The notes beneath the pieces are model-generated. The model was not told where the DNA came from. It made no database searches and saw nothing but the letters and a program-made list of their open reading frames with translations. A program made the position numbers and the translations under genes. 64,000 bases of DNA from an uncultured Gemmatimonadaceae bacterium (GTDB lineage Bacteria; Gemmatimonadota; Gemmatimonadetes; Gemmatimonadales; Gemmatimonadaceae). Positions 11,006 to 20,373 of the stretch are shown piece by piece. The DNA is taken from NCBI GenBank assembly GCA_963790305.1, contig CAWBOC010000004.1, forward strand, positions 1-64,000, in the 5' to 3' direction. How positions within the stretch are numbered: the stretch's first letter is position 1; each line of letters starts with the position of its first letter.

Positions 11006-11181
11006 CGTACGATGGCCATGCGAGCCTGGTTTCACTGCGCCGGCGCGCGTGTCGGAGCGGAACTCGAGGAAGAAAGACCTGAGCTGGCGCGCCACGCCAG
11101 CGATTCTCCACTGGGCCCTTGAGCCGGTTTGCGCGCGAATTCCGCTACATCTGTAAACACGCGCGATAGGGAGGCCCCGTG

Positions 11182-12033
11182 ATGAAGCCGTCATTCTCGT
11201 CCGCCATCGTGTTACTCGGCGCGATTGGCATCGGATGCGACAGCGATTACGTCGCCGAGCTCGGACAGCCAAGCGTACTCACCGCCGTTGAGGTGTCGGC
11301 GCCAGTCACTGACATCTCCGTGTTCCCACCAGACAACACCCTTCAATTGAGGGCGGTGGGAGTGGATCAGCAGGGGCAGGTGATTGTGGTCGCAGGTGGA
11401 ACGACCTTTACCAGTAGCGCGCCGGTCGTTGCCCAGGTCGACAGGACCGGCTACGTCAGAGCAGTCTCGCCCGGCATGACGGTGATCACGGCATCGATGA
11501 CTCTCGGAGGCATCACTGAAGCTGCTTCCGTGACCATCACGGTACACGGTGATGAGGAGCCGCCGGGCACCTACCCCGAAATAGAAGGCGTCTACGACCT
11601 AACGGCACCGATCACGGACTTCGTCTGGGGCGTCGACCCGGGCACCTATTACACGGCGATCCTGACGATCCAGCCTTCCCTCGGCCGGCGTCGGTTCTTC
11701 GGCACCGTTTCGAAATTCTTGATCATCGTCCCCGGCGGCGACACGACCACCGTAGGGTCCGAGTCCGGGTCTGGCTTCGTGTACGGCACCATCGATGGCG
11801 AAGGACGCGTAGGCCTCTACCCAGTCACGGAGCAGTTTTCATCCTGGTATGGAGAGGGGGTGTTGTCTTCGCGGCAGATCGTTGGGACATTCGGCTGCTG
11901 CGATCAGATCTCCGGCACTTTCACCGCCGTAGCTCGTAGGGACCATGGCGTGGGCGCGGGCTCGGTAGCGACAAATGCACCGAGCCCGCTCCCGGTATGG
12001 GTGTCACGATCTACGGTCGGTGTGCAGCCTTGA
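11182..12033 (+). CDS. Ig-like (Big_2) domain lipoprotein
   Basis: GGAGG RBS; AIGIGC lipobox; TFTSSAPVVAQVDRTGYVRAVSPGMTVITAS resembles a Big_2 domain. Confidence 0.8.
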   Translation: MKPSFSSAIVLLGAIGIGCDSDYVAELGQPSVLTAVEVSAPVTDISVFPPDNTLQLRAVGVDQQGQVIVVAGGTTFTSSAPVVAQVDRTGYVRAVSPGMTVITASMTLGGITEAASVTITVHGDEEPPGTYPEIEGVYDLTAPITDFVWGVDPGTYYTAILTIQPSLGRRRFFGTVSKFLIIVPGGDTTTVGSESGSGFVYGTIDGEGRVGLYPVTEQFSSWYGEGVLSSRQIVGTFGCCDQISGTFTAVARRDHGVGAGSVATNAPSPLPVWVSRSTVGVQP

Positions 12034-12505
12034 GGCGACCCCTCAGCGCACCTTGACGCAGCTTGATGTCGACGGCCGGCACAAGCCCGACGCCGGGTAT
12101 CTCCTGCAACACGGCACGCCGGGCACGATCAACAATTCGCTGTGCTCGCTGCTCTTCCGACGTCCGCCACACAGCCGGGCCATTCCGCTGGGTGACGCGG
12201 AGGACATAGGAGGCCGGTGGCATGTCACCGTCGATCTCACGCGAAACCAGGAGCACCATGACGGCCGACGTGAGCAATGCACCGTCGGCAATCGAGGTCT
12301 TGAGAAGGATCACGTCGTGCGGCGTTTGATCATGTCGCCGCAGGACCAAGCCGAATACGTTGGGCACCGAAAGCTCGTCCACCAAGGCGACGGTCACGGG
12401 AACGACGCGTGACGATGTCTCGGGAACGCTCGCGATCTCGAACGGCGCGCTCGCCAGTACCACCGGGAGCGCGAGCAACGGCCAGAAGTTCGTATGGTGC
12501 GTCAT
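12011..12505 (-). CDS. Secreted hypothetical protein
   Basis: GGAGG RBS; MTHHTNFWPLLALPVVLASA signal-like N-terminus. Confidence 0.6.
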   Translation of the reverse strand: MTHHTNFWPLLALPVVLASAPFEIASVPETSSRVVPVTVALVDELSVPNVFGLVLRRHDQTPHDVILLKTSIADGALLTSAVMVLLVSREIDGDMPPASYVLRVTQRNGPAVWRTSEEQRAQRIVDRARRAVLQEIPGVGLVPAVDIKLRQGALRGRLKAAHRP

Positions 12506-12567
12506 ATCGCCCTCCAAAGGCTGGGGATCATTATCGTCGCATTCCTAACGAGGACGCGTACGAACCA

Positions 12568-13269
12568 TCAGCTGGTATGGACTAGTGGCACACCGTGGCC
12601 CATCCCCTCCCACCACGTGTGCCATCCGGTCCCGTCACCATAGTCGATTTCGATAATGATCCATTCGTCGACACATCCACCACCACCACCGCCTCCTCCA
12701 CCGCCCTCGCCGCCTCCTGGTGTTGGTGGATAACGAATCTCCACCTCGTTGTATCGAAAGAAGCTCACGTTGATTGTGAATCCGCCTGGGCGAGCGAAGA
12801 CTCGACACACGGCATCAGCGGTGCCGATCTTCGCCTCCCTCCCGCTGCCATCGATGGCCGGCCAAAATCCACCAGGCCACTGATACCGCCCATACGGATC
12901 GGCAAGCTCGCCATAGATGATACCCCACCACCCCGAGGACACGATCGTGAGCGGGGCTTCGCCAGGGGGAAGCAACGTCGCTACCACGCGATACTTCGTG
13001 AAGCCAGGGGGGCAACTGACGTAGGAGCTCGACAAGGCAGCGTTGGCCGTTGCGTACTCAACGCTCGCGTCACCGTCGAGTGACCAGAAGTACGACGTCT
13101 GCGGTCCTGGCTCGTCGTCAGACGGGGGGCAGTCTTCATCGACAAAGATGTCGTCGCAATTCCGTGGATCGTCGTCCTCGAGCTCGAAGCTGGGAAGTCG
13201 AGTCTCGTCTGAAACGGGTCGGCGTGAGCTGATCTCCGCATGCCAGGGAAAGGGCAATGCAGGCGCCAC
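12568..13269 (-). pseudogene. Hypothetical protein with Gly-rich linker, probably N-terminally truncated
   Basis: Acidic, Cys-containing protein with a GGGEGGGGGGGGGG linker; begins directly at GTTAG-GTG with no RBS or signal peptide. Confidence 0.55.
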
Positions 13270-13274
13270 CTAAC

Positions 13275-13706
13275 GCCGACCCAATCCAACGACTCCGCAT
13301 TGTTCACCTCCGCGCTGATCTTGGTCTGAGCGCTCTGCGGTGTGAGGTGCGCGGGCGACAAGAGAGCTATATTGATCTTATGTCGGTCGATCTCCCGCCA
13401 ACGCTCGCTGGATTCTCGGAAGACGAATGGACGAGGGCACTCCGTCGAACACTTGGAGACGGGGCACGCCCCTTCGTCGCCGATCTCTTTGCCCAGCTGC
13501 GTCACGAGCCGTCGAACGGCTTCGCGCTGACGGAAGACGACTTCGCTCTCTTATCCCTCGTGGATGAATCGTGTGCCTCGCGCGTTCGCCAGGTTACTGC
13601 GACGTACCCGGAAGAGTTTCGCGATCGGGTCGACGCTCTGGTGGCCTGGTACCGCGACGAGGACCGTCAACTGCCGTCGGCGGGGCGCGAATCCGAACCC
13701 ACGTAA
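13275..13706 (+). pseudogene. Hypothetical protein fragment
   Basis: ORF 13257..13706 is protein-like (DLPPTLAGFSEDEW...DALVAWY) but has no room for a promoter or RBS. Confidence 0.4.
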
Positions 13707-14159
13707 CGAAACGAGGTCGGAGCGCGGAACACGACGCAGCGGCAGGAAGACCTCCACCGCCGAGGCCGCGCGTGCCGGAGGGTATCGAGTCACCTCCGGA
13801 AGATGTTCGACGGGACGGCTCGCGATCTCGCTGGATCATACAGCCAACCAGTCAGCAACCGAGTCGCTGAAACCCGCGTCGTCGCGCAGTTCCTAACGAA
13901 AGCCTAAACGATTCGGGTGCATTGGCAAGGGTCACGGGGCACGACGTCGGGCCGGTGTGGTCGGTCCAGGGCACGAGGCCGCTCGATCTGCACAAGGAGC
14001 ACCGTTAGGCGCCGAGGCCTGGTACGCGCCCTCCTATCCGGATTATCCTGAGCGACATGGATCGCCTACCAGCTGCAGGGGTGCCCACTTTCGGCGGACG
14101 TCGTCCTCACTGCGCATCACGTTGGCCGGGTCTCCATGGCGAGCGGCGCGAGAGTAAGG

Positions 14160-14609
14160 GCTGCGCCCATGCCTGACGCGACGAGCAAAGCCACGCCGCT
14201 CGCGGATTGCGCGCGAGCACCAGCCACGAATACGCCGAGCTCCTTACGGCCAGCCAGTGGCGTGAGTCCGCATCTCACCGACGCATCGCGCCTGCTCGAG
14301 GGTGCGTATCCGAATCTCACACTCCACTACGACGACGACCGGCTCTACGTGATGGAGAACGGCACGCTCTATCACGTGCGCCTGAACTCCGATCGCAATG
14401 AAGACACGGGGTACGCGGCAATGACGTTGACGTACGTGTCGCAGCACGAGGCGGCGATCGACTCGGGTCGCCAGGCCGGGGATGACGGGTGCACGTCGCC
14501 GGTGGACCTGGTCGTCGCCCGCATGGGCGCGAGCGGTACGCCGGACATCGTCGCGCGCGGCCGGCTGGATGCCGAGGCCGTCGCCGTAATGTGCGCACCC
14601 TATCGATGA
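14160..14609 (+). CDS. Hypothetical protein, start uncertain
   Basis: LTLHYDDDRLYVMENGTLYHVRL...CTSP...MCAPYR*. Confidence 0.5.
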   Translation, partial: AAPMPDATSKATPLADCARAPATNTPSSLRPASGVSPHLTDASRLLEGAYPNLTLHYDDDRLYVMENGTLYHVRLNSDRNEDTGYAAMTLTYVSQHEAAIDSGRQAGDDGCTSPVDLVVARMGASGTPDIVARGRLDAEAVAVMCAPYR

Positions 14610-15325
14610 CCAGCGACATGGACGGGCCGCTCGTGCGCTTTTTCTACTTCGCGTACTACGGCAGCGCGGAGTGGTTTGGCTTCGTCGGATTCCGGTCTGA
14701 TGTCACGTTCGCCGGCGGACGTCTGCAGACGAGTCGCCTCCCCGCTTCATACCTGAAGGTCACCAAGCCGGAAAGGCAGCGCATGGAGGGTGCGATCGGT
14801 CCGGCAGGCGGCGGTGCCGGAAGCATCCGGTTGATGACCATGGCGTTCGGTGATCAGGGCGAGGTCGAGCGCGAGTTCGTCGTGCCGCTGGTAGATGCCG
14901 GATCGATGAGCGGGGTCGAGATGTTGCGCCGCGTTCCCGTAGACACCAGCCCATCCACGGAGAGACCTGGAATGGGAGTCGATGATCGCGCGTCGCCGTC
15001 CGCGGACCAACTCCTGGGTTCCTGGCGCATCGAACGAGCCGAGGGCGGCATCGACGGCACCACGCCCACCGACATCGAGTTCCTGCTCGACGGGTTGGCC
15101 GACTACTGCGTCCATGTGGGCGGCGGTTGGCACGTGATCCCGCTGGTCTTCCGCATCGAGGGCGACGTCCTGGTGACGCATCCGCGCCCGCCCATGGTTC
15201 CGCAGGAGGAGCGCATGCGCATCCGCTTCGAGCCGGACGGTGCATTGGTGATGGAGCACGGTGGTGGTCGGGTGTGGCTGCGGCGTGCCGAGCGGCGGGC
15301 GCCGAAGTCGGCGGCTGGTAAATGA
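14606..15325 (+). CDS. Hypothetical two-domain protein (C-terminal lipocalin-like LLGSW motif)
   Basis: ATGA overlap with the previous gene; second half LLGSWRIER...FRIEGDVLVT. Confidence 0.55.
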   Translation: MTSDMDGPLVRFFYFAYYGSAEWFGFVGFRSDVTFAGGRLQTSRLPASYLKVTKPERQRMEGAIGPAGGGAGSIRLMTMAFGDQGEVEREFVVPLVDAGSMSGVEMLRRVPVDTSPSTERPGMGVDDRASPSADQLLGSWRIERAEGGIDGTTPTDIEFLLDGLADYCVHVGGGWHVIPLVFRIEGDVLVTHPRPPMVPQEERMRIRFEPDGALVMEHGGGRVWLRRAERRAPKSAAGK

Positions 15326-15397
15326 ACGCGTCGTGGTCCTGATCGGCGTGGATCGTCATCCAAGGGAAGCCACCGAACCGCCGCGAATCCAGCCATC

Positions 15398-16162
15398 GTG
15401 ACTACCGCTCCTCAGGCAACCCTAACGACGTGGAACGCGCTCGCGCAGACCCTGCGGCGACCGTACCCCGTGACCATTCCAATGGTCACGCTCATGCTGC
15501 TCGTCCCCTGCTACCTCTTCATCGCCAATCGCGCTGCCGTGGGAACGGTGCACTCCCCGGAGCTGCCCTGGGACCGTGCCCTGCCGCTCCAGCCCATCTG
15601 GGCGCTGATCTACGGAGCGCTCTACATGTTCCTGATCGTGCTGCCAGTGATCGTCGTGCGCGAGGAAGCACACATCCGTCGTACGTTCTGGGCGTATCTG
15701 GCCGTGTGGATCACCGCATACGCGTGCTTTCTGGTCTATCCCACGGTGGCACCGCGTCCACCCGAGGTCGTCGGAGACGGATTCGCCGCCTGGGGGCTTC
15801 GCTTCCTTTACGACGCCGACCCGCCGTATAACTGTTTCCCGTCGCTGCACGTGGCGCACTCGTTCGTGTCGGCGCTGACGTGCTACCGCCTTGACCCCCG
15901 AGTGGGACGCGGCGCGCTGGGTTGCGCTTCGCTCGTCGCTATCTCCACTCTATTCACCAAGCAGCACTACATCGCCGACGTGGTTGGCGGGATTGTCCTC
16001 GCTTTCGTCGCCTATCTCCTCATCTTGCGCGGTTATCCCCGCCGGAACGTTCCGGAGCTCGACCGTCGCCTCGCGCCGGTGCTCGCGCTCGGAGTTCTCG
16101 CGGTGGTTGGCGTCGGCATCGTCGGCTTCTGGATTGCGTATCAGTTGAATGGACAAGGGTGA
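15398..16162 (+). CDS. PAP2 family membrane phosphatase/phosphotransferase
   Basis: PTVAPRP, NCFPSLHV and KQHYIADVVGG motifs. Confidence 0.9.
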   Translation: MTTAPQATLTTWNALAQTLRRPYPVTIPMVTLMLLVPCYLFIANRAAVGTVHSPELPWDRALPLQPIWALIYGALYMFLIVLPVIVVREEAHIRRTFWAYLAVWITAYACFLVYPTVAPRPPEVVGDGFAAWGLRFLYDADPPYNCFPSLHVAHSFVSALTCYRLDPRVGRGALGCASLVAISTLFTKQHYIADVVGGIVLAFVAYLLILRGYPRRNVPELDRRLAPVLALGVLAVVGVGIVGFWIAYQLNGQG

Positions 16163-16180
16163 GCGGGGGGCGAACCGCGC

Positions 16181-16624
16181 GTGCGTCTCTGGACCATTGA
16201 TCCCGGATACCTCGATGCGGTCGGGCTGGTCGCGCTCTGGCGTGAGTCGCTCCTGGCGCGGGCGGTTCTCGACGGCGCGACGCGCGGCTACCGGCACCAC
16301 CCTCAGCTGATTCGCTTCCGCCAGCAGCACGACCCGTTAGGCTGCATCAATCTCTACCTGCGGGGGATTCACGAGGAAGCCTGTCGCCGCGGCTATCGCT
16401 TCGATGAGCGGAAGCTCGCGCCGACGGCGGTTGCCGTCGGGAGCGTGCCCGAGACCCGTGGACAGCTGGAGACGGAGTGGGACCATCTGCTGGGCAAGCT
16501 TCGCGACCGCGACCCGGATCGATACGCGTCGCTCAGCCGTGTGCGCCGTCCGAAGGCTCACCCGCTCTTTCGCATCGTGCGCGGACCACGCCGCGAGTGG
16601 GAGCGACGGACGGCCGAGCCGTGA
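16181..16624 (+). CDS. Pyrimidine dimer DNA glycosylase / endonuclease V family protein
   Basis: MRLWTIDPGYLD..GLVALWRESLLA..VL.G.TRGYRHHPQL.RF. Confidence 0.88.
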   Translation: MRLWTIDPGYLDAVGLVALWRESLLARAVLDGATRGYRHHPQLIRFRQQHDPLGCINLYLRGIHEEACRRGYRFDERKLAPTAVAVGSVPETRGQLETEWDHLLGKLRDRDPDRYASLSRVRRPKAHPLFRIVRGPRREWERRTAEP

Positions 16625-16634
16625 TGGTAGTCGC

Positions 16635-18074
16635 CTACTGACCGGTGGCGACGCGCGCCTCCGCGGACCGGACGATGCCCGCCGCCATGCCCCGGAACAC
16701 GAAACCATGTATCGGGCGAAGTGCGGCCCAGTAGGCGCGCCCCCAATGCCCGCGCGGATCGAACTCCGCCCGCTGGACGAGCACTGCGCCCGTGCCATCG
16801 CGAGGCGCCCCGACCTCGAACTCGAGCGTCGCCGTCCCGGGCACCTTCATCTCGGCGCGCAGTCGCAGTCGCGCACCGGGCACGAGCTCGTCAACGCGCC
16901 AAAAGTCGATTGGGTCACCGAGCCGGACGGCAATGGGATCCCGCCGCCCCCGGCGGAGTCCCACTCCGCCGAGCACGCGGTCGATCGCTCCGCGCAAGCG
17001 CCACAACCAGTTCGCGTAGTACCAGCCGGTTGCGCCACCAATCCTCTCGACAGCGGCGAAGAGCGCGGCCGGCGACGTGCTCGCATGCAGCGTACGCTCG
17101 TCTCGCAAAACGCGGCTCGACCGCGTCACCGTCATTTGCACGGAGCTCCCGGTAGCTCCGGTCCAGCGCGACGCGAGCGGACCCGCGCTGTCCTCGGCGA
17201 GCGCGCGATCGACGGCTTGTCGAAAGGTCATCGGCGCCACGTGGATCCACGCGCGGATGCGCTGGTCGGTGGTGATGACGTCGTTGCGCAGTCCCTCCAC
17301 CAGCGGGCGCGCAATGCGCATGGGCACGCTCGTCACCAGATTGAGCCAGTACGATGACAGGCGCGGCGTCAGCACCGGGACGGTGATGATGCGTACGCGC
17401 GTCCCAAGGGCGGCAGCGCACTCACGCATCATCTCCTGGTAGGTGAGCACCTCCCCGCCCCCGATCTCCAGCACCTGTCCCACCGTCCGCGGCTCGTCCA
17501 GCACGCCCACCAGATAGTCGAGCACCTGGTCGAGCGAGATCGGCTCGCAGCGCGACCGCACCCATCGCGGGCAGATCATCAGCGGAAGCTTGCGTGCGAG
17601 ATCGCGGATGATCTCGAACGATGCGCTCCCGGCGCCAACAATGATCGCCGCACGCAGCTCCGTTACCGGCACCGAGCCGGCGCGGAGCACATCGCCAACT
17701 TCCTGGCGGCTCGCGAGGTGCTTCGAGAGTGATTCCGCCGACTGGCCGAGGCCGCCGAGGTAGACGATCCGACGGACGCCAGCGGCGGCGCACGCGGCGG
17801 CGAAGTTGCGCGCCGCCTCACGATCGCGCGCGGCGAAGTCGGCGCCCGCGCCCATCGAGTGGATGAGGTAGTACGCAACGTCCACATCGCGAAGCGCGAG
17901 CGCCAGGCTCGCGGGCTCGAGCACATCCCCGGCCACGCAGTCGGCCTCGGCGGCCAGCGCACCGAGGCGGCGCGGATCGCGCGCCATCACGCGGACGGTG
18001 CGACCGGCGGCGAGAAGGCGCGACGCAAGGCGGCTCCCAATGTAGCCCGTGGCACCGGTGACGAGAATCCTCAT
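16635..18074 (-). CDS. NAD(P)-binding SDR oxidoreductase with C-terminal DUF2867 (YbjT-like)
   Basis: MRILVTGATGYIG, YYLIHSM, HLASRQEVG, GGATGWYY, GDPIDFWRV, LRAEMKVPG. Confidence 0.92.
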   Translation of the reverse strand: MRILVTGATGYIGSRLASRLLAAGRTVRVMARDPRRLGALAAEADCVAGDVLEPASLALALRDVDVAYYLIHSMGAGADFAARDREAARNFAAACAAAGVRRIVYLGGLGQSAESLSKHLASRQEVGDVLRAGSVPVTELRAAIIVGAGSASFEIIRDLARKLPLMICPRWVRSRCEPISLDQVLDYLVGVLDEPRTVGQVLEIGGGEVLTYQEMMRECAAALGTRVRIITVPVLTPRLSSYWLNLVTSVPMRIARPLVEGLRNDVITTDQRIRAWIHVAPMTFRQAVDRALAEDSAGPLASRWTGATGSSVQMTVTRSSRVLRDERTLHASTSPAALFAAVERIGGATGWYYANWLWRLRGAIDRVLGGVGLRRGRRDPIAVRLGDPIDFWRVDELVPGARLRLRAEMKVPGTATLEFEVGAPRDGTGAVLVQRAEFDPRGHWGRAYWAALRPIHGFVFRGMAAGIVRSAEARVATGQ

Positions 18075-19036
18075 GCGCCTAACGGCGAGCGCGTGCGCAC
18101 CCAGCGATCGAGCGCCGCGAGGTCGGGGATGATCTCGATGCCCGCATCGCGGACCGCGGCGGGCGCGCCGGCGCCGCCGACAATGATCGCCGTGCGACGT
18201 GGAACCTGCTCTCGCAACCGGCGGATGGCAGCGGCCACCCCACGGCCACCCGGTTGTACACAGCTCAGGGCCACCGCACCAATCGGCGTTTCCTTCGTCA
18301 GCGCGGCGATCTGCGCAACCGGCGTGTCGACACCGAGCACGAGCGTGCGCCACCCGGCCAGCGAAAACACCAGCGCCGACATCTGCAGCCCCAGCCCGTG
18401 CAGCTCGCCGGGAAGCGTCGCCAGCGCGACGACGGGACCGGTCGCGCGGTCGTCCAGCGGCATGCGCACCGCGCGAAGAAAATCCCCGAGCACCGAGGAC
18501 CCGAAATGCTCGTGGCGCACGTCGATCGCACCGCTTTCCCACGCGTCCCCGAGGGCGGTCAGAAACGGCGCGGCGCGTACGTCCAGAAACTCGAGCGGGC
18601 CAAGACGAGCCCAGTCCGCCTGAAAGGCGCGCTTCAATCGGTCTGCGTCGAATCCGCGGACCGCATCGAGGAGCCCACCCGGCTCGTCGCCTGCCGTCGG
18701 CGACGTCGGACGTCCTCGCGCGGTCGCCGGGGGAGCGCCGGCAGGAGCTTGCGACGACGTGACCAGAAGCGCCTCGAGCGCTTTCTCGGAGGCCGGGAGC
18801 ACCTCGGCGGCCCGGTGACCGCGCGCGATCGCCTGGGCGATGCGCTGGAGCCGAGGCACGGTCGAGAGCGCGTACACGCGGTGACCCGACGGCTTGCGCT
18901 GCGCCACGGGAAAGCCGTAGCGACGTTCCCAGGTGCGGATCGTGTCGACGGGGATGCCGGTGGCGGCGGACAGGGCGCCAATGGAAAGCAGTCCGCCTGC
19001 GACGGACTCGGCGCGCTCGGTGGTGCGAGGAGTCAC
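18071..19036 (-). CDS. carH: CarH/LitR-type MerR regulator with cobalamin-binding domain
   Basis: MerR HTH (SIGALSAATGIPVDTIRTWERRYG), W-x9-EH motif (WESGAIDVRHEH) and E-x-H-x-x-G motif (ELHGLG). Confidence 0.88.
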   Translation of the reverse strand: MTPRTTERAESVAGGLLSIGALSAATGIPVDTIRTWERRYGFPVAQRKPSGHRVYALSTVPRLQRIAQAIARGHRAAEVLPASEKALEALLVTSSQAPAGAPPATARGRPTSPTAGDEPGGLLDAVRGFDADRLKRAFQADWARLGPLEFLDVRAAPFLTALGDAWESGAIDVRHEHFGSSVLGDFLRAVRMPLDDRATGPVVALATLPGELHGLGLQMSALVFSLAGWRTLVLGVDTPVAQIAALTKETPIGAVALSCVQPGGRGVAAAIRRLREQVPRRTAIIVGGAGAPAAVRDAGIEIIPDLAALDRWVRTRSPLGA

Positions 19037-19181
19037 GTGCGGACCTCCGCTCCGGAACGGTTCTGAACAGGTTCTGCCCGAGGAATGTTAGCGTGGGCAC
19101 GCCTGCTCTGCCCGCGAAGCCTCGGCCACCCGGTGGGCCAACCCCGCATCAACGGGCCGGGGCTGGCCACCGGGAACCGCA

Positions 19182-19409
19182 TTACGCCGCGACCGGTTGG
19201 CGAGTGCGAGCGGCCCTGAAGGCCAACGCCTGGTACACGGCGGAGAGCCCAACCAGACCGTACACGACGGAGCCGAGCACATTCTTGTTGCCGAAACCGC
19301 CGGCGCCGGTGAGCGCCGCGACGAGATCGAAGTTGGCGAATGCCACCAGACCCCAGTTGAGGCCGCCGACGACGAGCAGGATCGCGGTGAGAATGTCGAG
19401 CTGCTTCAT
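19182..19409 (-). CDS. DUF378 family small membrane protein
   Basis: LLVVGGLNWGLV....FDLVA...VYGLVGLSA; AAGGAG RBS. Confidence 0.9.
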   Translation of the reverse strand: MKQLDILTAILLVVGGLNWGLVAFANFDLVAALTGAGGFGNKNVLGSVVYGLVGLSAVYQALAFRAARTRQPVAA

Positions 19410-19427
19410 GATAGTGCTCCTTTCAGT

Positions 19428-19982
19428 TTAGAAGTTGACGCGGAAACCGGCCGTGAAGGGCCAGACCCACGCGTTGGTGGTGGTGAGCTCCTCTTTCTTG
19501 CTGAAGGCGATGTCACCCTGCGGCGACAGCACGAACGCGACCGCCGGGTTGAAGTTGTAGGCGAGCTTCGCCCCCGCGTTGATCGCGAAGTACGTGAGCT
19601 TTTCGGGAGCGCCCTCGACGTCGAAGCTCACCGCGCCGGCGCCGAGGTTCACGATCGCTTCCCAGCCGCGCTCGCGCGGACCGGTGAGCGAGTAGCCGAC
19701 CTTGCCAATGTAGTGCAGCGTGTTGATGTCGACACGGCCAGTCGCCTTGTCCTTGTGCATGCCGTAGTCGAACTCGCCCATCAGTACCCAGCGCGGGCTG
19801 GCGCGGAAGCCGAGCGTGGCGGCGTAGGCGGCGCCGGACTCGGCGACGTCGGCGATGCCGAAGGTGGGGACGACGCCGCCGCCGCCCGCCTCGAGAAAGA
19901 AGCGCGGGGTCGGTTGCTGCGCAGCGAGCGGCGCGGCGGCGACAAGCGCGAGCAGGGTGGCGCGAGAGAGGAAACGGTTCAC
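19428..19982 (-). CDS. Outer-membrane beta-barrel protein
   Basis: AAGGAG RBS, GTG start, signal peptide (APLAA), alternating beta-strands, C-terminal GFRVNF. Confidence 0.8.
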   Translation of the reverse strand: MNRFLSRATLLALVAAAPLAAQQPTPRFFLEAGGGGVVPTFGIADVAESGAAYAATLGFRASPRWVLMGEFDYGMHKDKATGRVDINTLHYIGKVGYSLTGPRERGWEAIVNLGAGAVSFDVEGAPEKLTYFAINAGAKLAYNFNPAVAFVLSPQGDIAFSKKEELTTTNAWVWPFTAGFRVNF

Positions 19983-20027
19983 GGTGCGTTCTCCTTGGTG
20001 AGGGGGGGCGCTCAGGCGCCCTCGGTG

Positions 20028-20074
20028 TGCCCAGGTAGTGCACCGAATATGAACAGTTATTGCACGGGATGCAA
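20028..20074 (-). promoter_or_regulatory. Sigma70-type promoter overlapped by four 11-bp direct repeats (putative CarH operator)
   Basis: Minus strand TTGCAT-N17-CATATT; plus-strand hexamers TGCCCA, TGCACC, TGAACA, TGCACG at 20028, 20039, 20050, 20061. Confidence 0.7.
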
Positions 20075-20214
20075 GGGCCAGGGAATCTTTCGACACATCC
20101 CATGCCGAAGCACCCGCGTGCTCCACCCGTCGTGGAGCGAGCGCTTCGACGCCCTCAATGAGTGGTCGACGACCTCAAACGGGAGGAAGGACGATGCAAT
20201 CGTCCCACCGACCA

Positions 20215-20330
20215 TCAGTGGCGCAGCATCCGCCCGAAGTTTCGGATCATGTACACGTCCTTCTTCTCGATGTAACTGAACACCGCCACGTGCCGGCCAT
20301 TGTTCGACACGCTGAAATCCGCGCGCGTGT
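20215..20330 (-). pseudogene. C-terminal remnant of a beta-propeller (TolB-like) gene
   Basis: ADFSVSNNGRHVAVFSYIEKKDVYMIRNF* with no upstream coding context. Confidence 0.3.
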
Positions 20331-20373
20331 GTGGCAAGGTTCCCACTCGCCTGGCGGTCGGTCTCATCGCACC

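Noticed and set aside
13891..14010. TCCTAAC...GTTAGGC spanning 120 bp as an intact attC site
   Set aside because: The size fits, but I could not pair the L boxes or build a convincing stem; at most a decayed site.
16635..19100. 821-aa single ORF
   Set aside because: The upstream third is an alternative frame over carH; the real SDR starts at 18074.
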